Positions 8,196 to 14,160 of a stretch of 14,160 nt of DNA are shown here, in pieces. The stretch lies in the NCBI GenBank assembly GCA_018985225.1, contig JADGIF010000216.1:1-14160 (forward strand), read 5' to 3'. This stretch comes from Amoeboradix gromovi X-113. Lineage: Eukaryota > Fungi > Sanchytriomycota. The notes under the pieces were generated by a model. The model saw only the letters and a program-made list of their open reading frames with translations. It was not told the DNA's origin and searched no databases. A program made the position numbers and the translations under genes. Every line of letters starts with the position of its first letter. The first letter of the stretch is position 1.

Positions 8196-8223
8196 TACTG
8201 ATATCATCACTATAATATCGAGT

Positions 8224-8275
8224 AGCCAATCAGGTGAATCCAATCACAATAACTCACCGTCTGACCAATCGGTGA
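8224..8275 (+). promoter_or_regulatory. Three CCAAT boxes upstream of SOK1
   Basis: agCCAATcag (8226), tCCAATcac (8240) and gaCCAATcgg (8265), all within 70 nt of the ATG and close to the NF-Y/HAP consensus. Confidence 0.6.
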
Positions 8276-8293
8276 AATAACACTATTGATTAA

Positions 8294-10267
8294 ATGAGAG
8301 TCTATTCAGTGCTGAGTATGCCTATTACAGCTCATGTTGACTTCATCAGCGAGACTCAGCGTCTTTATCCAAACGACGAATATAGCTGGACAAGACAGTC
8401 GCAAATTAAAACAGCGCCATCTTTGCGTAGAATTGTTAAATATAAGCGAGCCGGGAACGCAAGGTTTTATCCACCTTACTTTTATGATATCAATCGGAAC
8501 AGTATGACACCAATTAAGGACGTAGGTTTTAAATTTACTCTAAAACCATACAAAGAGTATATTTTGGTTCCTGTATCCGCTAAATTGATTCAAGCGGCTT
8601 GTAAAAGAGCTAACGGTATAACTGATAGGGTTATGAGATTGTCATGGAAGCAAACTGAAATTAAAAGAAGGTTAATCATCTTCCAGCATCGTCAAACTCA
8701 AAAGATAATACAACTTAGAGCTGAAATTGATCATAAACAGATACTGGCTACAATGAGAAGACAGTCCTATTTGTGGAGGAGAGCTGAACAGTCCGCAATG
8801 CGAGTTGAAAAAGCGATCACAATTTGTAATCTACGACGATTACAGAAAGCGCAAGCAGAAGAGCGGCTATCGTCTAAAAATATGGTTAAAAAAATGAACG
8901 AGAATGCTGAGATACTATTACAGTTAACAAATTCTGAGAAGCCTCGCGCGAAACCTAGTCTAGATTCAAAGCATCTTTTACCTCCAATCTCTAGGTATTC
9001 TCTTCGTGAACTAGATATCACCGAAATATACTCCAACATGCAATTACGGCATGACCTGGTGTTTGATGTTGACATGACATTTAGACCGAATACTGATGGG
9101 GATAAAGGCACTATTAAAGCTATGAAAGCTGCTATGTACTGGAATGCGATACAGCAAGAGATATTATCCACTACCAACAAATCTGGTGATTTTGTCCGGA
9201 TGCCTGTTCTTATAAACGAAATTAAGGAAATAATGTTTGAAATGTTTCAAGACAGCGAAGAAGTAACAGAAACATTAAAGAAATGGGATGTGGAGCATAT
9301 CATCAACATGCTAAGATTGGATATGGACAACGGCATTCCGTATATCAAAAGCATTTCTAAAATCATGCATGTCTATTGCGCACCATGTCGTGACGAATTA
9401 ATCGATGACATGGTAGCATTGTATCAAGCTAGATTTCATGTGGATGCATTAAACAAGTGTTTATGCATCCTAGAGCACATGAGATTAGACTTTGCAAATC
9501 ACAATCTACGCAAGTTAAGACCGTTATTAGTGGCCAAATCGACTTCTTATGAATACGATTTCTTCAGACAAGGATTAAAACGAGGGGGTGGCATAACTTT
9601 TACCAAAAACTGGATTAAGAACTCATTGATTGAATTCAAGCCACTAAATCGTTGCAATTCGGATTTTTATAGTTTCGCAGTCATGAAGATCATAACCAAC
9701 AGCTACATGTCTGAGACAGGCAAATCGATTCCAGAAACATTTAAGTTTGATGTAAACAGAATCAATACTTTTCATAATGACTGGCAAGACATATCCATTA
9801 TGAACACTCTATTGGTGCTTTTCAAACAGTTTGCTGGTCCTAGTTGCAATTCATCACATCTACAAGCGATTAAGAAGATTTTATGGGTGTTACTTAATGA
9901 TCCACATACTACAATGGAAAATGTAACCACCCAAATTGTTAATGACGTAGCTAAGATAAGCAAACCTTTAAATCCTACGTCCAAAAGTTTGCTTATTCAG
10001 TTAGTAGACAGTACCCTTAGTATCGATTCAAATGTATATTCCGTAATTCAACGCAAGTGTGCCGATAATATACTGTATTTTCTATATAACAATGAATTAA
10101 ACGAGGAATCACTGAAATCTACCTTGCTGAGTGAACTAAAACAAGAGTTGACTGAGTTATGCCATAAAATTAAAAAACTAGTTGTTTACAATCAAACAAC
10201 GTATCAGGAATTGTATTCTGAAATTGCACGGCAAGTCGAAAAGGAAAGCGGTACCAGTAAACATTAA
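8294..10267 (+). CDS. SOK1: SOK1 / T-complex protein 11 (TCP11) family protein
   Basis: LPPISRYSLRELDITEIYSNMQLRHDLVFD...FRPNTDGDKG...YW, CAPCRD, MRLDFAN and IPETFKFD motifs of fungal Sok1/TCP11; intact 657-aa ORF. Confidence 0.88.
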   Translation: MRVYSVLSMPITAHVDFISETQRLYPNDEYSWTRQSQIKTAPSLRRIVKYKRAGNARFYPPYFYDINRNSMTPIKDVGFKFTLKPYKEYILVPVSAKLIQAACKRANGITDRVMRLSWKQTEIKRRLIIFQHRQTQKIIQLRAEIDHKQILATMRRQSYLWRRAEQSAMRVEKAITICNLRRLQKAQAEERLSSKNMVKKMNENAEILLQLTNSEKPRAKPSLDSKHLLPPISRYSLRELDITEIYSNMQLRHDLVFDVDMTFRPNTDGDKGTIKAMKAAMYWNAIQQEILSTTNKSGDFVRMPVLINEIKEIMFEMFQDSEEVTETLKKWDVEHIINMLRLDMDNGIPYIKSISKIMHVYCAPCRDELIDDMVALYQARFHVDALNKCLCILEHMRLDFANHNLRKLRPLLVAKSTSYEYDFFRQGLKRGGGITFTKNWIKNSLIEFKPLNRCNSDFYSFAVMKIITNSYMSETGKSIPETFKFDVNRINTFHNDWQDISIMNTLLVLFKQFAGPSCNSSHLQAIKKILWVLLNDPHTTMENVTTQIVNDVAKISKPLNPTSKSLLIQLVDSTLSIDSNVYSVIQRKCADNILYFLYNNELNEESLKSTLLSELKQELTELCHKIKKLVVYNQTTYQELYSEIARQVEKESGTSKH

Positions 10268-10272
10268 CCAAT

Positions 10273-12495
10273 TTATTTTTTCAATGACAAATACATGTCT
10301 TTTAACACCTTTTTGTAGTATTCTTTAACTTCGTTTCTTCGTGTTTTGAATGACGGCGTTACCATCCCGTTCTCTATAGTCATCAATTGAGGTATCAACA
10401 CTATCTTTTTAACCATCTCAAAACCTTTCAATTTACCCTTGGCAGCACTTTCTAACTCCCTGACCATATATTCTACAATTACTGAATCTTTGCACATGTT
10501 GCAATATTCTGCGTTGAGCTCCGGATGCAAGTTATCAACTAAACCGACATCTTTACCAGTGCATGACTTGATAAGCTCACCAAATGTTAATGGGTTAGGT
10601 ACCACAATAGCCACTAAACATGACTCCAAACTATCACCATGCACATAAATCTGACCGACATATTTATTAGTAGCATAAACTCCCTCAATCTTTTCAACGG
10701 CCACGTATTCTCCTTGGCTTAATTTGAAGATGTTCTTAATTCGATCGATAATCTTTAATCTCCCGTATTTATCAATTTCACCAACATCACCAGTGTGAAG
10801 CCAACCGTCAATCAAAGTCTCTTTAGTTTTAGCCACGTCCCTCCAATATCCGTCAAACACATTGTAGCCGCGAATTAGTATTTCGCCTCTAGGAAACGGA
10901 ATGTCCTTAACACTGTAATGACCAGTGGATTTCAATTTTATCTCATTACAAGCTATAGGAACACCAGTGTGACCCGACTCAAAATCGTCACTAATAGAGA
11001 CTACACTACCGGCGCAGCTCTCTGTCTGACCGTAGCCCTGCACAAACACACAACCAAAGCAAGCACGAAGAAATAACAAGACAGAGTCGTCGATTGGCGC
11101 ACTGCCTGTGATAATAACTCGGACACGGCCGCCCAGAATCTTTCTCAGTTTCATAAACAATGGGCTGTTGTCTATTACAGAGTGCCAATTGGTGTTGTAT
11201 CTAGCCATTTGATCTAGTTTGGTGGCAAATGCCTTGTTGAACAACCAACCAACAACACCATGCTTTGATACGGTAGCTTGTTGAACCTGGATGTAAACCC
11301 GATTGAGCAGTCTAGGAACACTAGGGAAAAAAGTGGGTTGCAGCACTTGGATATCTTCCAACAATTTAAGAGTATCTCCCGAAAAGTAGCCGATACGAGC
11401 ACCACATGTCAGGACAGTTAGTTCAGATACTCTGCCGAATATGTGTGCAAGAGGAAGATAGCTGATTAGACAGTCATCCTCTGGAATCCATTTAAGATGA
11501 GCAAACACAGGAAAAACCACCTCACAAGCAAACGTTTGATGATTCAACACAACACCTTTTGGGAGTCCTGTAGTTCCACTGGTATATGATATAGTAGAGA
11601 CTGTGGATGGAGATGGAGGCATGTGATTGATGGGGTTCAGTCTGCCCAGTAATAGAACATCGAAGTACGTAAAGAATTGAATCTTACTGTTAGCAGCCCA
11701 GGACTGCAATAATAACAAGTAATCCTTGAATTTAGCATTGGTGATAGGATTTGTTGGTGATTCCACATATTGAGACTGCTTGGTAGAAGATACTGGCGGA
11801 GTGCCGGCAGAGCCGTTCTTAAATATATGCAAATGCTCGTTATTAAGAGATAGAAAATCCTTAATAGTGTCATTAAGGGAATCTATACATACAACAACCT
11901 TAAGGCATGGGCATTTAGCTGCACAAGCCAGTACAAGTGGCATTTTGTCGGCTGACGCTACAACTATTTGAAGATTAGCATGGTTGATGATGTATTCTAT
12001 GGCTTCTTGACCAAATGTATCGTAAATCGGGACATTGATTTTAGAGTAAGCAGCACAAGCCAAATCAAAAATTGTCCATTCTCGACGATTAATACTAATT
12101 ATACCGATGTTATTAATTGATATAAAAGGTATATCCTTGGGAACTGATTGACTGCAGTACCTGTTTTGAATGTTGATTAAGCCTGATCCCAATGCATTTC
12201 TCAGTACTTCAACATCCTCATATGTAATCCATTCATATTTCTTGCCCAATTGATTGTTTATTAATGGCCGATATCCTAGACAACGGTTAGTAGGCCCAAA
12301 ATTGTACCCAGATTGAAAAGCTGTATGAATAGTGTCCACGTTTGGGAAATCTGGATGAACTTTGTGCAGTTTCGATTTCAGATTGCTACCATACATGTTT
12401 TCGGTATTTGCGCGATATACTCCTGAGTATGTATCATTACCAGGTTCTACAATCACTGTTTGCTTTTTAAAGGCAGGACTTGGAGGGATGGTCAT
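10273..12495 (-). CDS. Long-chain fatty acyl-CoA synthetase (ACSL/FAA2-like)
   Basis: ISYTSGTTGLPKGV, SYLPLAH, GYGQTE, GWLHTGDVG, IIDRIKNIFKLSQGEYVAVEKIE; intact 740-aa ORF. Confidence 0.95.
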   Translation of the reverse strand: MTIPPSPAFKKQTVIVEPGNDTYSGVYRANTENMYGSNLKSKLHKVHPDFPNVDTIHTAFQSGYNFGPTNRCLGYRPLINNQLGKKYEWITYEDVEVLRNALGSGLINIQNRYCSQSVPKDIPFISINNIGIISINRREWTIFDLACAAYSKINVPIYDTFGQEAIEYIINHANLQIVVASADKMPLVLACAAKCPCLKVVVCIDSLNDTIKDFLSLNNEHLHIFKNGSAGTPPVSSTKQSQYVESPTNPITNAKFKDYLLLLQSWAANSKIQFFTYFDVLLLGRLNPINHMPPSPSTVSTISYTSGTTGLPKGVVLNHQTFACEVVFPVFAHLKWIPEDDCLISYLPLAHIFGRVSELTVLTCGARIGYFSGDTLKLLEDIQVLQPTFFPSVPRLLNRVYIQVQQATVSKHGVVGWLFNKAFATKLDQMARYNTNWHSVIDNSPLFMKLRKILGGRVRVIITGSAPIDDSVLLFLRACFGCVFVQGYGQTESCAGSVVSISDDFESGHTGVPIACNEIKLKSTGHYSVKDIPFPRGEILIRGYNVFDGYWRDVAKTKETLIDGWLHTGDVGEIDKYGRLKIIDRIKNIFKLSQGEYVAVEKIEGVYATNKYVGQIYVHGDSLESCLVAIVVPNPLTFGELIKSCTGKDVGLVDNLHPELNAEYCNMCKDSVIVEYMVRELESAAKGKLKGFEMVKKIVLIPQLMTIENGMVTPSFKTRRNEVKEYYKKVLKDMYLSLKK

Positions 12496-13041
12496 TTGAC
12501 AAGTGTCAAAAAATACAATGCGATTTGAAAATAAATTTATTCAAAAAGCCCTGCCATTATTGAAAGTGCTTAACGGAGATTTTTAAAGCCAGTACCTAAA
12601 ATCTGAGTTCTTCGACGATGTTTTTTCAGACTACTAAACTGCGTAAGATTGCGTGTCCTCATTTTATACCATTTGAATTCGAACAAGATTGCTACTAGTC
12701 TTCTGAGCGATGGGGCATTTTCTTCAAGTCCGGAGAAAAATAATTGACATTTTAAATCTTAAACGATTTATACAAATCACAGATTTCTTAGCATTCTGCT
12801 TTAGCTGCCAAGACTTCTGGAGACACCTTGGATTGATATTCTTGAATGCTAGGGTTGTTTTCTCTTGCTGGTTCCTAATGCCAAAACCTAAACTTAAACG
12901 ATCCAATTGATTTGGATTGTCTGGATTACAATTTGCTAACAATACCCAACCTTCAAAACTTGGATTAATATGACCTGAAATATGTGTCTTCTTCGTAATA
13001 ATAACCCATGTAGTTATATAAAATTTATTCTTTCAACTTGA

Positions 13042-13865
13042 TTTCTTAAAAACTATTTTAAACTCCAACAACAAACTATAGTTGGTAAAATCTATACTAG
13101 AATTTGTAGGACTAGGAGAGCAAGAGATACTGATATTCTATGGTTACCAGCAGACTTGACAATATCTAAATTACATGGCATACACACTAGAGACAATAGC
13201 ACTTTGAATATCAATGTGGAAACGTTTAGAAAGTACTTTAAATTATGTGAGACGATTAAAATTGAATCTCGAAATCAGATGTTTGCGATACTTGCAGTGT
13301 CATTCGGGAACAATTAAATGTCCCTGACCTGTCTGAAAGAGCTTCATTGGAGATAACAAGCTCATTTCAGCTACACCTGAGGGAAGCTAACTTGGCGCGA
13401 TTGGACTACAATAATGATCAAACAAGACTTGGATGCACCCCCCTCTCTTTTGACTATAGCCAGAATGTAAGTTTACCTCAATTATACTACCAGCCAAGTG
13501 ACTTGTACTTCATGTCGCTATTGAACATCAATCTTTTTGGAATACATAACGAGGCATATCATCGTCAAATGAATTAGGTCTAAGCTGGACTTGATATTTT
13601 GATTATATTACAGGAATTGCCAAGTATCGTGTCTTTATGTTCAGACTAACCCATTCTTGGTATTGTATTTTGTAAGAAACAAGTTATTAATACTTACTTG
13701 TGGAATTCATTACACTTAAAGAGGATGATTTAAGTCAGATTGATTACTTATTTGTTCCTGATAATCTGGAACCATTGGAATTAAATGAAAGAAAGAAAGA
13801 AACGTGATTTAAATCGTGTATTGAAATATGTTCCTAAGAAATTTCATGAGCTTTATAGTGGTTGA
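13042..13865 (+). pseudogene. Sola-like (DUF7869-type) DDD transposase remnant
   Basis: WLPADLTISKLH...ETFRKYF...IKIES/KSDVCDTC...HLREANLARLDY...SFDYSQNVSLPQ...LYFMSLLNINLFGIHNE, then ITGIAKYRVFMF, GIVFCK and KRDLNRVLKYVPKKFHELY. Frameshifts and stops are present, and the central catalytic segment appears deleted near 13580. Confidence 0.8.
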
Positions 13866-14100
13866 ATGGGTAAATGGTAACTATTAATATATTTTCATCT
13901 CTTATAAAAAACATATTAATAGTTTTGCTTTTCAATTTGGCAGTTGGTCAAATCTGAACAACCCCTAGTCTAGTTTTTCTACAGAGCAATAGTGATCCTA
14001 CAACTTTAAAATAAAGACTGAATAAAAGAATAGCTGTACAGAATATTTATCTTTGAAATTTCGATACAAATTATCTAGTCTAATTTTTACAGTGTGTCCC
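13866..14100 (+). mobile_element. 3' subterminal region and right TIR of the Sola-like element
   Basis: 13969-14050 is homologous to MITE 7573-7663. Ends ctagtctaatttttacagtgtgtccc, followed by ATTT. The ctagtcta(g/a)ttttt motif occurs twice. Confidence 0.7.
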
Positions 14101-14160
14101 ATTTATTTACTATCATAATTGTGCTCCATTGTATCTCATACTTTTATTCCCTTATTATTA

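Noticed and set aside
11775-11793. In-frame 18-nt GT..AG (gtatcttctaccaagcag) inside a low-complexity stretch of the acyl-CoA synthetase
   Set aside because: Lacks the GTAATT/TAAT pattern, and the ORF is open without splicing.
12495-12510. Inverted repeat TTTGACA-AG-TGTCAAA at the acyl-CoA synthetase start
   Set aside because: Single 7-bp AT-rich arm pair with no supporting evidence of function.
1-14160. CRISPR array, tRNA or rRNA genes
   Set aside because: No regularly spaced repeats or recognisable structural-RNA signatures seen.

Overview
AT-rich, gene-dense eukaryotic DNA using the standard code. It is most likely from an early-diverging fungus or fungus-related protist (inference from the SOK1, PNS1 and fungal-type ADAM genes). 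Five host genes are present: a PNS1/CTL transporter, kinesin-8, an ADAM metalloprotease, SOK1/TCP11 and a long-chain acyl-CoA synthetase. PNS1 and ADAM are each split by a 19-nt GT-AG intron with the shared pattern GTAATT-N5-TAAT-N-TAG. The three gene-free stretches are decayed transposon clusters that the ORF track mostly misses. They hold two copies of an IS607-type TnpB/Fanzor2 element with a conserved omegaRNA-like right end (one copy keeps an IS607 TnpA HTH fragment), a separate Fanzor1-like nuclease remnant, and a Sola-like DNA transposon family. The Sola-like family appears as a transposase pseudogene, a 445-bp MITE and terminal fragments, and it has inserted into the Fanzor remnants. 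All mobile-element ORFs here are broken.
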